Positions 8,759 through 19,400 of a stretch of DNA of 64,000 bases are shown piece by piece. The stretch's first letter is position 1. The number at the start of each line of letters is the position of its first letter. The position numbers and the translations under genes are program-made. This DNA comes from Planctomycetota bacterium (lineage in GTDB: Bacteria; Planctomycetota; UBA1135; UBA2386): NCBI GenBank assembly GCA_046290465.1, contig JBKAGP010000001.1, positions 3,552,001-3,616,000 on the forward strand. Reading direction: 5' to 3'. Under the pieces are notes generated by a model, which was not told the origin of the DNA, searched no databases, and saw only the letters and a list, made by a program, of their open reading frames with translations.

Positions 8759-9639
8759 GCCGGCCCGACCGGCACGTGCCGGCGACCGGCGGCGGCCTGC
8801 ACTACATGGTGCAGGCGGCGTTCTGGTTCGCGGTGATGGCGATGCTCGTCAAGCTGGCGGGCGGCCGCGGCCTGCCGACGATGCAGATCGTGCTGGCGCG
8901 CGCCGTCGTGACGCTGGCGCTGAGCGCGATCGGGCTGGTGCGCGCGCGGCAGCGGCCGTGGGGCACCAACAACGGCCTGCTGGTGCTGCGCGGCGTGTTC
9001 GGCTCCGGCGGCTTCATCTGCTTCTACGCGGCGGTCAACCACCTGCCGCTCGCCGAGGCGACCGTGATCCACCACATCTCGCCGATCCTGACCGCCGTGG
9101 TCGCCGCGCTGTGGATCGGCGAACGGCTCGAAGGGCGCGTGCTGCTCGGCATGGGGCTCGCGTTCGTCGGGGTGCTGCTGATCGCGCAGCCGGGCTCGCT
9201 GTTCGGCGCCGACGACGCGCCGACCGACGTCCCGTGGCCGTTCGTGCTGGTCGGCGTGCTCGGCGCGCTGCTGGCGTCGTTCGCCTACGTGTCGGTGCGC
9301 CAGCTGGGCAGGACCGAGCCGCCGATCCTGGTGGTGTTCTACTTCCCGGCCGTATCGGTGCCGGTCAGCCTGCCGTTCGCGCTCGCCGACTGGGTCTGGC
9401 CGGACGCGTGGGGATGGCTGCTGCTGCTCGGCGTCGGCACGTCGACGCAGATCGCGCAGCTGGCGCTGACCAAGGGCCTCGCGCGCGAACGCGCCGGCCG
9501 CGCGACGTCCGTCGGCTACCTGCAGATCGCGTTCGCGGCGGTGTTCGGGCTGGTGCTGTTCGGGGACGTGCCGGGACCGTGGAGCTGGGCTGGCATGGCG
9601 CTGATCGTCGGCAGCCTGTTCGTCGCGCGACGACGGTAG
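8755..9639 (+). CDS. EamA/DMT family transporter
   Basis: About 10 hydrophobic helices in two repeats (LPLAEATVI...SP, LWIGERL, YLQIAFA). TTG start overlaps the upstream TGA; exact start uncertain. Confidence 0.9.
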   Translation: MSRPDRHVPATGGGLHYMVQAAFWFAVMAMLVKLAGGRGLPTMQIVLARAVVTLALSAIGLVRARQRPWGTNNGLLVLRGVFGSGGFICFYAAVNHLPLAEATVIHHISPILTAVVAALWIGERLEGRVLLGMGLAFVGVLLIAQPGSLFGADDAPTDVPWPFVLVGVLGALLASFAYVSVRQLGRTEPPILVVFYFPAVSVPVSLPFALADWVWPDAWGWLLLLGVGTSTQIAQLALTKGLARERAGRATSVGYLQIAFAAVFGLVLFGDVPGPWSWAGMALIVGSLFVARRR

Positions 9640-9693
9640 GGCCGGCACCCGACGCGCGGCAGGTTGCCGCGCGGTTCGGCTACGTTGGCTGCC

Positions 9694-12600
9694 ATGGCCC
9701 GCCTCGGCACCCTCGTCGCGCTGGCGCTGCTGCTGCTCGCAGCCGCGTTCTGGCTGTTCGACCGGCAACCGGACGCCCCGATCGGCGGCCCCGACGCCCC
9801 GCCAGGATCCGGCTCCCCGCGAGCCGATCTCGCCGCCGCCGACGCCGACCTGCAGACCGGCAACGAACTCGATACGCTGCGCACCGACGCCGAGGTCGTT
9901 CGCGACGCGCCGGACTACGTCGTGCGCGGCACCGTGGTCGCCGACGAGCGGGCGCCGGACCTCTCGCAGGTGCGGGTGCTCGCCTACGAAGGGCAGCCAC
10001 AGGACGCGTCGGGGATCGTCACCGGCGCGATGGCGACGATGCAGCGCGGTGCGCGCGCGCCGGGATTCGTGCTGAAGGGCGACCCGATCGCCGAGGGCCG
10101 GGTCGCCGCCGACGGCGCGTTCGAACTGCGGACGCGCACGCCGCACCTGCGCGTCACGATCGACCACGACTTCTACCTGCAGCCGGTGCCCGAGGTCGTG
10201 CACGTCAACGCCGACACCCGCCGGCACCACCTCGTGCTGTCGCCGCTGCTCGGCGCCAAGGTCCGCGGCCGCCTGCTCGGCCCGCGCAGCGGCGACGTCG
10301 ACGCCGTCAAGCTGACGCTCGAGCCCGACCCGATGGCGATCCTGCGGGACGCGCGGCTGATGATGGCCGCGATGCTCGCCGCGACGCGGCCCGAGGCGCG
10401 GCCGCGCGACGACGGCACGTTCTCGTTCCGCGCCGTCGCACCCGGCGCGCAGCTCGCGTTCGCGGTCGACGGCAGCGGCGTGTCGGGCCGCACCCAGGAA
10501 CCGGCGCTGCAGGCCGGCGAGGTGCGCGACGTGGTGCTGCCGGTGCAGGACGCGGCGATCCTGATCGTCGAGGTCGTCGACGAACGGGGCGGTCCGCTGG
10601 CCGGGGTGCGCGTGCACGTTCGCCCCGCCGGCGGCGCCGGCATGACCGCGATGCTGCAGGCCCACGCCGAACGTACCGACGAGCGCGGCCACTGCAGGTT
10701 CGATCGCCTGGCGGCCGGCGCCTTCCAGGTCGAGGCCAACGCGCGCGGCCGCACCACCGCCCGCCGCGACCTCGACCTCGAACGGCGCGACGAGCCGCAC
10801 CGGCTGCAGCTGACGCTCGGCGTGGGCGGCGTCGTGACCGGCATCGTGCGCACGCCCGACGGCCGACCGCTGGCCGGCGCGCGGGTCGCGCACCACCCCG
10901 CGGCCGACATCCCGCTGCTCGGCGACCTGACCGACCAGCTCGGCCCCGAATACCTGCGCCAGATCGCGCAGGAGGGCGCCGAGACCGACGAGTCGGGTCA
11001 CTTCCGACTGACCGGCATCTCGGACCAGGATCCGTTCCTGGTGGTCGGCGCGCACGAGGACTTCGGCGCCGGTGTGGCGCGCGAGGTTGCGATCGGCGAC
11101 GAAGACGTGGTGGTCGAGCTGCAGCGGCTGAGCGGCGTGCTCGGCACCGTCACGCGCGCCGACGACCACCAGCCGGTGCCGCGGTTCTCGGTGTCGATCG
11201 TGCGCACGGCGTTCCTGGTCATGAAGATGCCGGTCGCCTCGGACACGTTCGTCACCGCCGACGGCACGTTCTCGCTGCGCGGCATCAGCCCCGGCAGCTA
11301 CACCGTCGAGGTCGAGGCGGACGGCTTCGGGACGTTCGAGAAGGGCATCAAGGTCGTCGAAGGGCAGGACGTCGTCGTCACCGGCATCGAACTGCAGCGC
11401 GCCGCCAGCATCCGCGGGGTGGTGCGCGACGAGCACGGCAACCCGATCGCCAACGCGATGGTGCAGAAGCGCAAGGGCGCGATGGCCGACAACCCGATGC
11501 TGACGATGCTGATGGGCTCGGGTTCGCGCACGTTCAGCGACGCCACCGGTCGGTTCGTGCTCGAACCGGTCAGCCCCGGCAAGCTGCAGCTGCTCGCCAC
11601 CGCGAACGGCTTTGCCAGCGGCCGCAGCGAACGCGTCGCGGTCGCGCCGGGACAGCAGCTCGAAGGCGTCGTGATCGAGCTGGGCCACGGTGGTTCGATC
11701 GACGGCGTGCTGCGCTGGAACGCCCAGCAGAACCCCGAAGACTTCCTGCTGCTGGCACAGCACCAGGTCACGCAGAACACCGCCACCGCCGAGCTGCGGC
11801 CTGACGGCACCTTCCGGATCGACAACCTGGACCCCGGCTCCTACCAGGTGCAGGCGATGCCGGCCGCGCTGATGAGCGGCTTCCAGGGACACGACTGGCG
11901 CCCGGGCGAAGGCCTCGACATCGGCGAGATGATGAAGCAGGTCACCGACAACGTCGTCTCGCAGCGCTGCCGGGTGCGCGCCGACGAGACCGCCAAGGTC
12001 GAACTCGACGTCCGTGACCTGGCGATCGGCGCGCAGTGGATCGTGCACGTCGACGTCGCCGGCGAGCCGCAGGCCGCCGGCATGGTCGAGGCGACGTCGC
12101 TCGAGACCGGCGCGCTGCGCGTCGCGATGATCGAGCACGGCACCGCGATCTTCGGTCGTGTGCACCCGGGCCGCCACCGCATGCAGGTGCGCTCCGGCCT
12201 GACGATGACGCCGGTCGGTGCGCCGCAGGACCTCGAGTTCCCCGCGGGCGCCGACGAGCACACATCGACGTTGTCGCTGCCCGGCGGCGAGCTGCGCGGC
12301 CGCGTCGTCGACGACCGCACCGGCGAGCCGCTGGCGCGCGCGATCGTGCGGCTGCACCACGACGGCCACGGCGAACGCGACGACCCGATCGGCATGTGCC
12401 TGACCGATGCCGACGGCGGCTTCCGGTTCACGGGGCTGACCGACGGCAGCTACAGCCTGGTGGCCGCCGAGCCGCTGCTGGGTGCCGGCCAGAACACCGC
12501 GTCGCGCCGTTCGGGCATCGAGGTCCGCACCGGCACCAGCCGCGATCCGGTCGAACTGCGTTCGCGGCCCGCGGCGGGCGCGACGGTGCAGGTCACGACC

Positions 12601-13098
12601 GCGGACGGCCGGCCGATCCGCGGCGCGACCGTGCTGTGCGTCGACGACGAAGGCCGTCCGCTCGGCAACCTCGGCGTCGCCGCGACCGGCCCCGACGGCA
12701 CCGCGTCGTTCGGCGGCATGGCCGACGGTCCGGCCCGCGTCGTCGGCAGAGCGCCCGGCTACGCGCCCGGGGCGACCCTGGTGCAGACGCTGTCGGCTGA
12801 GGCCAACACGCGCTTCGAACTGCGGCTCGGCGACGGTGCTCCGACCCGCATCTCGGTCGTCGACGGACTCGGCAAGCGGCTGCGCGGCGCGACCGTCACG
12901 GCGCGCGTCGGCGACCACCCGTGGCTGCCGCCGATGCTGCTGGTGCAGGCGATCGGGCCCGACGGCACCATCGACGTCGGCGAGCTCGGCCCGGGCCGCT
13001 GGAGCTTCCGCGTCCACCATCCGTCGGTCGGCACGATCACCCGCGAACGCACGATTTCGGGGACGGCGCCGGTGACCATCGTCGTCAGCAAGCCCTGA
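9694..13098 (+). CDS. Large membrane-anchored protein with repeated carboxypeptidase-regulatory-like beta-sandwich domains
   Basis: N-terminal hydrophobic anchor; repeated GxVxDxxGxPxxGAxV...TDxxGxF...LxPGxY units. Confidence 0.85.
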   Translation: MARLGTLVALALLLLAAAFWLFDRQPDAPIGGPDAPPGSGSPRADLAAADADLQTGNELDTLRTDAEVVRDAPDYVVRGTVVADERAPDLSQVRVLAYEGQPQDASGIVTGAMATMQRGARAPGFVLKGDPIAEGRVAADGAFELRTRTPHLRVTIDHDFYLQPVPEVVHVNADTRRHHLVLSPLLGAKVRGRLLGPRSGDVDAVKLTLEPDPMAILRDARLMMAAMLAATRPEARPRDDGTFSFRAVAPGAQLAFAVDGSGVSGRTQEPALQAGEVRDVVLPVQDAAILIVEVVDERGGPLAGVRVHVRPAGGAGMTAMLQAHAERTDERGHCRFDRLAAGAFQVEANARGRTTARRDLDLERRDEPHRLQLTLGVGGVVTGIVRTPDGRPLAGARVAHHPAADIPLLGDLTDQLGPEYLRQIAQEGAETDESGHFRLTGISDQDPFLVVGAHEDFGAGVAREVAIGDEDVVVELQRLSGVLGTVTRADDHQPVPRFSVSIVRTAFLVMKMPVASDTFVTADGTFSLRGISPGSYTVEVEADGFGTFEKGIKVVEGQDVVVTGIELQRAASIRGVVRDEHGNPIANAMVQKRKGAMADNPMLTMLMGSGSRTFSDATGRFVLEPVSPGKLQLLATANGFASGRSERVAVAPGQQLEGVVIELGHGGSIDGVLRWNAQQNPEDFLLLAQHQVTQNTATAELRPDGTFRIDNLDPGSYQVQAMPAALMSGFQGHDWRPGEGLDIGEMMKQVTDNVVSQRCRVRADETAKVELDVRDLAIGAQWIVHVDVAGEPQAAGMVEATSLETGALRVAMIEHGTAIFGRVHPGRHRMQVRSGLTMTPVGAPQDLEFPAGADEHTSTLSLPGGELRGRVVDDRTGEPLARAIVRLHHDGHGERDDPIGMCLTDADGGFRFTGLTDGSYSLVAAEPLLGAGQNTASRRSGIEVRTGTSRDPVELRSRPAAGATVQVTTADGRPIRGATVLCVDDEGRPLGNLGVAATGPDGTASFGGMADGPARVVGRAPGYAPGATLVQTLSAEANTRFELRLGDGAPTRISVVDGLGKRLRGATVTARVGDHPWLPPMLLVQAIGPDGTIDVGELGPGRWSFRVHHPSVGTITRERTISGTAPVTIVVSKP

Positions 13099-13147
13099 CG
13101 GGATCGCGTTGCCGGCCGGGTTCGCGTACCGTTCCTGCCCGCAGTTC

Positions 13148-14041
13148 ATGGCTGATCGTTCGTCGTTGCAGTTCTGGGTCGGCCGCTTCCTGCTCGGCGT
13201 CGGCATCCTGGTCGCCGCCGGCCTCGGCTTCGTGCCGCGCGTGCTGCACCTCAAGGACCCGCTCGGCCTCGCCACCGTCGCGCTCGGCTTCGTCGGCTTC
13301 TACATCGCGCTGGCCGCGGTCGCGCCGATGGCGCGCATCCGCAGCTACCGTTCGCGCACCCGCAAGGCCTGGAACGACGCCGCCCGCACCGCCTGGGACC
13401 GCGCCTCGCTGCCGCGCCGCATCTACTACCTGCTGTTCGCGGTCGCGCAGGCCGACGGCCCGATCACGCAGAGCGAACGCGACATCGTACGCACGTTCCT
13501 GCTGCCGCGGTTTCCGATCGAGGACCACGAGATCCGCACCTGGGAGCGGCAGCCGCTGCAGGTCAACGACCGCGTCGGCCTCGCCGCGCGCATCGCGGTC
13601 GGCCTCGACGAGGCCGAGCTCGACACGCTGTTCTGCTGGTGCGCGATGGTCGCGTTCGCCGACGGCCGCTTCCGACCGGACGAGCACGAGGCGCTGCACG
13701 AGATCGCGCGCGGCCTCGACATCCCGCCGCCGCGCGCGCGCATGCTGTTCCACCTGGCGCGGGCGCAGTTCCTGGCCGGATCGCATCGCGACGACGGCCG
13801 GGGTCGGCAGCGCAGCCAGCCGCAGGACGCCTCGCCGCCCAACGCGCGCATCGACGCACTCGCCGTGCTCGGCCTGCCGGTGCACGCGTCCGAGGACCAG
13901 ATCCGCAAGCGCCACCGCGAATTGGTGCGCAAGTTCCACCCGGACGCGCAGCCCAACCTCGGCGAGGCCGCGCAACAGGAGGCGACCGAGCGCTTCACGG
14001 CCATCCAGCGCGCCTACGAAGTGCTGACCAAGCCGGCCTGA
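13148..14041 (+). CDS. DjlA-like co-chaperone (TM helices, TerB-like domain, C-terminal J domain)
   Basis: AQADG and AFADG TerB motifs; J domain IRKRHRELVRKFHPD...IQRAYEVL. Confidence 0.85.
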   Translation: MADRSSLQFWVGRFLLGVGILVAAGLGFVPRVLHLKDPLGLATVALGFVGFYIALAAVAPMARIRSYRSRTRKAWNDAARTAWDRASLPRRIYYLLFAVAQADGPITQSERDIVRTFLLPRFPIEDHEIRTWERQPLQVNDRVGLAARIAVGLDEAELDTLFCWCAMVAFADGRFRPDEHEALHEIARGLDIPPPRARMLFHLARAQFLAGSHRDDGRGRQRSQPQDASPPNARIDALAVLGLPVHASEDQIRKRHRELVRKFHPDAQPNLGEAAQQEATERFTAIQRAYEVLTKPA

Positions 14042-14059
14042 CCCGGCTACGCTGCGGCC

Positions 14060-14467
14060 ATGGTCACGATCCAAGCCACCTACGAGGGCGACCTCTGCTG
14101 CACCGCCGTGCACGGTCCGTCCGAGCACACCATCCAGACCGACGCGCCCAAGGACAACATGGGCCTCGGCCGCTACTTCTCCCCCACCGACCTGGTGGCG
14201 ACCGCGCTTGCGACCTGCATCCTGACCACGCTCGGCATCGTCGCGAAGCGGCGCGAGATCGACCTGAAGGGTGCCAGGGCCACGGTCGAAAAGCACATGA
14301 ACGCCGACCCGCGGCGGATCGGCCGGCTGCCCGTCGAACTGACGATCGAGGGCAGCTACAGCGACGAACAGAAGACCGTGCTCGAACGCGCCGCCAACAC
14401 CTGCCCGGTGCACAAGAGTCTGCACCCGGACATCGACGCGACGATCACGTTCTGCTGGCTGGGCTGA
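14060..14467 (+). CDS. OsmC/Ohr family protein
   Basis: TDAPKDNMG, FSPTDLVATALATC and CPVHKSL with two conserved Cys. Confidence 0.92.
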   Translation: MVTIQATYEGDLCCTAVHGPSEHTIQTDAPKDNMGLGRYFSPTDLVATALATCILTTLGIVAKRREIDLKGARATVEKHMNADPRRIGRLPVELTIEGSYSDEQKTVLERAANTCPVHKSLHPDIDATITFCWLG

Positions 14468-14479
14468 GCGGAACGTCGC

Positions 14480-15046
14480 TCACTCGCTGGCGGCCTTCAC
14501 GCTGGCGGCCTGCACGCTGGCGGCCTGCACGCTGGCGGCCCGCACCGTCGCCGGGGCGTCGGTGACGTAGTAGACGTCGGGCCAGCTCAGCAGCCCCCAC
14601 AGCAGGCTCGCCTCGGTCTCGACGCGCCAGCCCGAAGGCACCTTGACGTCGTTGCGCTTGCGCTGCCACAAGCCCCACGCGGCGTGGGTCTGCTGCTCGC
14701 GTTCGTAGAGTTCCTTGCCCTGGCCGTAGTGGAACTTCTCGACGTCGCCGGCGAAGAACAGCGGCCCGTAGGCGTCGAAGTCGGTATAGGAGGTGCCGGC
14801 AGCAAGGTGCGGCTTCGATGGCCCGTAGATCTCGCCCTGCAGGTTGAGCAGCGGGATCCAGGTGAAGGCGCCGACCGAGTCGTCCTGGTCGGGATCGTCG
14901 GCGCGCGCCTTCTCGAGCGCGGCCAGGTCGGGCAGGCCGTCGCGCTGCGGCCAGGCGTCGTCGTAGGTGGAACAGGCGGACAGGAACAGCGCGGCGATCC
15001 CGCCCGCGCACGGCAGCAGACTAGCTCTCATCTGGGTGTCTCTCAT
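14480..15046 (-). CDS. Hypothetical lipoprotein
   Basis: Lipobox LSAC; aromatic-rich beta-like body; C-terminal AASV(Q/K) repeats. Confidence 0.7.
   Translation of the reverse strand: MRDTQMRASLLPCAGGIAALFLSACSTYDDAWPQRDGLPDLAALEKARADDPDQDDSVGAFTWIPLLNLQGEIYGPSKPHLAAGTSYTDFDAYGPLFFAGDVEKFHYGQGKELYEREQQTHAAWGLWQRKRNDVKVPSGWRVETEASLLWGLLSWPDVYYVTDAPATVRAASVQAASVQAASVKAASE
14485..14544. repeat. 15-bp tandem repeat x4 (coding)
   Basis: Units CGCTGGCGGCC(T/C)(G/T)CA at 14485, 14500, 14515 and 14530. Confidence 0.85.
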
Positions 15047-15095
15047 CGGACGGCGCCGCCGAGCGCACGTCGCCGGACCGTGTTGCCGGCAGCGA

Positions 15096-15416
15096 CTAGA
15101 AAGACGACTCGCTGGTGTTGGTCGCGAACGGGTCGTGCAGGTTTCGATACGGCTCGTCGACCTCGCGCGTCAGACAGTTGATGTCGCTGATGATGCCGGT
15201 CACCAGCCCGCCGACCGCACCGACCGCCGAGATCACGACGAGGCCGCACAGCGCGCCGCGCGCGTCGCAGCCGCAGGTGGTGCTGTTGCCGAGCACGTAG
15301 ATCGGCGCGGTGACGGCGCAGACCACCGGCTTGGCCAGCGTGCACGAGGACGACGAGAACGCCACGCCACCGACCAGCACGGCCGGGAGCAGGCGACGGA
15401 GCAGTCGAGGTGGCAT
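15096..15416 (-). CDS. Small Cys-rich putative lipoprotein with hydrophobic Gly-rich helix
   Basis: Signal-like N-terminus ending SSSC; six Cys; VVISAVGAVGGLVTGII. Confidence 0.6.
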   Translation of the reverse strand: MPPRLLRRLLPAVLVGGVAFSSSSCTLAKPVVCAVTAPIYVLGNSTTCGCDARGALCGLVVISAVGAVGGLVTGIISDINCLTREVDEPYRNLHDPFATNTSESSF

Positions 15417-15452
15417 GGCGGCGCAGAGCGCACCGCGACCCGGGCCGTGGCG

Positions 15453-15866
15453 TCAGCGGCGGAATCTGACCCGGATCGGACCGCGGGCGGTGCTCGGGTC
15501 GACCATCCGGCCGCGCTGCGTGATCTCGACGGCACCGGCGTCCACGAGCCGCCGGGCCGCCATCCGGGCGCGCTCCATCAGCGGTCGCCAGTCCTCGGCG
15601 ACCGCCCGCGCCGCCTCGGACGGGCAGATGGTCGCGCCGGCCGCGCGCTGCTCGAGCAGTTCGACGATCTTGCGTTCGAGCGCGGCATCGACGCCGTCCG
15701 GCCGGCTGCGGCGGCAGCGCTCTCCGCAGTAACGGACCTGCTCCCAGCAGCCCGCCCACTTCTTGCGCCAGGCGAACGTCCGGCCGCAGCGGGCGCAGAT
15801 CTTCTCTCGCCGTTCGGGCACGCCGTGCGGTTCGGCCGCGGCCCCCGCCGGGATGCCCGCGCCCAA
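15453..15866 (-). CDS. DUF2256 + DUF3253 domain protein
   Basis: [27 protein letters not shown] (DUF2256); [24 protein letters not shown] (DUF3253). Start may be GTG 15821. Confidence 0.85.
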   Translation of the reverse strand: MGAGIPAGAAAEPHGVPERREKICARCGRTFAWRKKWAGCWEQVRYCGERCRRSRPDGVDAALERKIVELLEQRAAGATICPSEAARAVAEDWRPLMERARMAARRLVDAGAVEITQRGRMVDPSTARGPIRVRFRR

Positions 15867-15928
15867 GAAAAACCGGACCGCCCAAAACCCCGTTCGCCGG
15901 CCGTCGTCTTCACCGGCACGATCGATTC

Positions 15929-16480
15929 ATGAGCACTGCCGAACCGATCCTCGCAGAGCTGTTTCAGGCCCATCGGAGGGGCCTGGCGGGGGCGGTGCGC
16001 AGTGTGCTGGGTCCTTCGGAGGACGTGACCGAAGTGCTGCAGGACGCCTTCCTCAAGTGTTGGCGCGCGTGGCAACATGGCACCCGACCGAACGACCCGG
16101 TGGCATGGATCTTCGTCATCGTCTGGAACGCCGCAACCGACGCGAGGAGACGTCGGCAGCGACGACCCAACCACGAACCACTCGACGAGGAACGAACCGT
16201 GTCCGTCACCGCCAGAACCACCCCTTCGCCGTCACACGCGCTCGAGCAGCGCGAGGCGGTTGCAGAGGCCCAGGCCGCCGTCGCCCGGCTCAACGAGGAC
16301 GACCAGCAGGTGTTCCTGCTGCGCGTCGCCGGCGAGCTCAGCTACGAGGCCGTCGCCGCATCGCTGAGCATCCCCGTCGGCACCGCCAAGACCCGCATGC
16401 GCCGCGCGCTGATGCAGCTGCGCAGCATGCTCGGCGCCAAGGCCACGACCACCAACTTCACCAAGGAGAGCCTGCAATGA
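15929..16480 (+). CDS. ECF RNA polymerase sigma factor
   Basis: Region 2 EVLQDAFLKCW...AWIFVIVWNAATD; region 4 LSYEAVAASLSIPVGTAKTRMRRA. Confidence 0.9.
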   Translation: MSTAEPILAELFQAHRRGLAGAVRSVLGPSEDVTEVLQDAFLKCWRAWQHGTRPNDPVAWIFVIVWNAATDARRRRQRRPNHEPLDEERTVSVTARTTPSPSHALEQREAVAEAQAAVARLNEDDQQVFLLRVAGELSYEAVAASLSIPVGTAKTRMRRALMQLRSMLGAKATTTNFTKESLQ

Positions 16481-19400
16481 GCGCGCCCGGCAACTGGAGC
16501 CCCGAAGAACGCGAGCAGCTGGTGCAAGAGCTGCTCGAACTGCACTTCGGCTGTCACGAAGCCCCTGACCAACTCGAGGCGCGCCTCGCCCAGGACCCGG
16601 CGCTGCGCGCGCTGCAGGCAGAGGTGGCGGGCCAGGCCGGCGTCATCGAGGAGGCCGTCAAGCCCGAGCAGGCGCGCCTCGAACTGCCCGCCGACGACGT
16701 GCACGCAAGCGCCGCTCGCCGCCCGCGCTGGTACCACACGCCGATCGGCCGCGTGACGATGGCCTTTGCCGCCGCCGCGCTCGTGGTCCTCGGCCTGCTC
16801 GGCCTCGAGCGCGTACACGACTGGCAGCTCGACGGCTACCGCGAGGACCACCTGCACCTGACCGTCAGCGCACCGCGCGCGGTCCCCGCCGGTGCCCCGT
16901 GGAGCTTCACCGTCGAGACCAAGGACCTGTCCGGCGGCCCCGCCGAATGCCGCGTGCGCTGGACCGCCTTCGGGGAGAAGGGCGAGGCGCTCGCCAGCGG
17001 CGAGGCGCCGACCGAGGCCGGCAGCGCAGTCATCGCGATGGGCAGCGACCTGGCCGTGCCGACGCGCGTCGAGGTCGTTGCGAGCCACCACGCCGACGAG
17101 GCGAAGCAGATCTTCGCGCTGTCGACGGCCTACGCCAGCCCGCTCGTGCACGTCAGCACCGATCGCCCGGTCTACCGTCCGGGCGAGCCGGTGTTCGTGC
17201 GCGTCACCGTGCTCGACCGCGTCTCGCGGCTGCCGCTGAAGCGGCCGTCGCCGATGTATGCCGAGCTGATCGACGCCAAGGGCGCATCGATCGCCAACGA
17301 CTTCGACGGTGTCGTGCCGAACGGCGTCGGCACGTTCCGCATGCAGGTCCCGGCCGACAGCGCCGGCGGCGTGCACCAGGTCCGCGTGCGCTCGCAGATG
17401 CAGCTGTTCCCGGAGGAGACCGCCGAGCTCGTCGTGCGCTCGTTCCGCAACCCGCAGCTCGATCAGGAGATCGTGCTCGATCGCAAGAGCTACGCGCCCG
17501 GCGCGCGCGGCGCGGCGACGGTGACCGCGACGCGGCTCGGCGACGGCCAGCCGTGCTCGCTCGCCAAGGTGCGCGGCGCGGTGATCGTCGACGGCAACGA
17601 GGTCTGGAGTGAGGAGAGCGGCCTCGGAGCTCAGGGCGAGATCACGTTCCGCTTCCAGATCCCGAAGGAGATCGAACGGGGAGCGGCGCGCTTCGTCGCG
17701 CAGGTGACGGACGGCGGCGTCGTCGAGTCGGCGATCGAGCCGTTCGTCGTGCCGACGGGGAAGGTCGCGGTGGCGGCCTTCCCCGAGGGTGGCGAGCTGG
17801 TCGCCGGCATCGAGAACGGCCTCTACCTCGAGTGCACCGACGCGCTCGACCGCCCGATCGACACCACCGGCGAGCTGATCGACGCCGACGGCCGCCGCGT
17901 CGCGTCGTTCCGCACGCAGCACCAGGGCCGCGTGCGGATGACGTTCGTGCCCGAGAAGGGCGCCACCTACCGCGTCCGCGTCGCCGGCAAGGCCGAGACC
18001 TTCGAGCTGCCGGCGGTGCGCGAGTCCGGCGTCGCGATGCGGCTGCTCGGCGACGACGTCGGCGCCGGCCAGCCGCTGCGCATGGCGCTCGGCGGCCGCG
18101 GCAACGGCCCGTGGGTGCTCGGCGTGTTCTGCCGCGGCGTGATGGTCGCGCAGACGACGCTGCGGCCGAACGACAACGGCGAACTGCACGCGCGCCCCGA
18201 GATCGCGCTGCCCGACACCGCGATCGGCGTGCTGCGCGCGACCGTCTTCGACCGCGAGCTCAAGCCGGTCGCCGAGCGCCTGCTGCGCCGCCGCAGCACG
18301 CACACGCTCGACGTGCGCCTGGCCACCGAGCACGACGTGCTGGCTCCCGGCGACCGCCAGCAGGTCAAGGTCACCGCGATCGACGAGACCGGTGAGCCAA
18401 CCCGCGCCGTGCTCGGCGTGCGCTGCACCGACGTCGCCGCGACGTCGATGGGCGACGAGCCGCGCATCTCGCTGGTCGACCAGGCGATGCTGTTCGGCGA
18501 CGTGCACGAGATGGAGGACCTCGGCGACTTCTTCCTGTCCAACGAGGCGGGTGGACGCAACGCCGACCTCTTGCTCGGCACGCGCGGCTGGCGCCGCTTC
18601 GTCTGGCGCAACGACGCCGCCGCCAAGCAGGCGATCGTCGACGCCGGCGACGCCGGCAAGGGCATCCTGGCGCGCGAGGGCTTCTCGCAGACGCCGCAGG
18701 TGCGCAGCAACCTGAAGGCCGCGATGGCGCCGTTCGCGGAGGCGCAGGAGCGCGTGCGCGACTCGCGGCAGCTGCTCGCGGGCATGGCCACGCTCGGCAT
18801 CATGCTGCTGCTGTTGCTGATCGTCGCCGAACTGGTCGCGTGGGGCCTGCGCAGCTGGCGCAGCGTGTCCGCGTCGACACAGGTGTTCGCCGGCATCGTG
18901 GTCGCGGTCCTGCTGTTCGGCTCCTTCTCGGTGCTACAGCTGTTCGGCTCGCAGCTGCTGGAGCCGGCGGACGGCGCCGCGATGGCCCCGGCGCGGAGCG
19001 GCGAAGCCGTCGACTTCGAAGGACCGTCGATGTTCGCCACGCACGCCCAGCCACTCGCTGCACCGGCGTGGCGCGGCCTGCAAGCCGGCAGGTACTTCAA
19101 CGACGGCATTGCCGGCGACATCTCGTTCGACTACTTCGGCATCGGCGCCACCGCCGGCGGTGGCCAGATCGACCTGCCCGTCGTGCACCGGTTCTCGTCT
19201 CGCTTCGACGACGTGCAACCGTCGCTCTTCCTGCCGCCGCAGATCCGCGAGATCCCGAGTGAGGAGGCCGAAGAACTCCTCGGCGAAGCCGCCCCGCGTT
19301 CGGATGCCTACTTCGCGCCCGCGTTCCGCTACGACCCCAGGACGATTCTGCAGAACTACAAGCAGCACTGGATCCAGCGCCAGTACGCCCACCGCCACGT

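Noticed and set aside
8389..13275. Very long antisense ORFs (also 23144-27340, 29311-32457, 34456-37902, 48176-51580)
   Set aside because: Expected stop-poor shadows in GC-rich DNA, opposite motif-bearing genes.
15763..16476. N-terminal extension of A2M given in the ORF track
   Set aside because: It overlaps the sigma gene in another frame; ATG 16477 has an RBS and an ATGA overlap. Other over-long track starts were trimmed for similar reasons.
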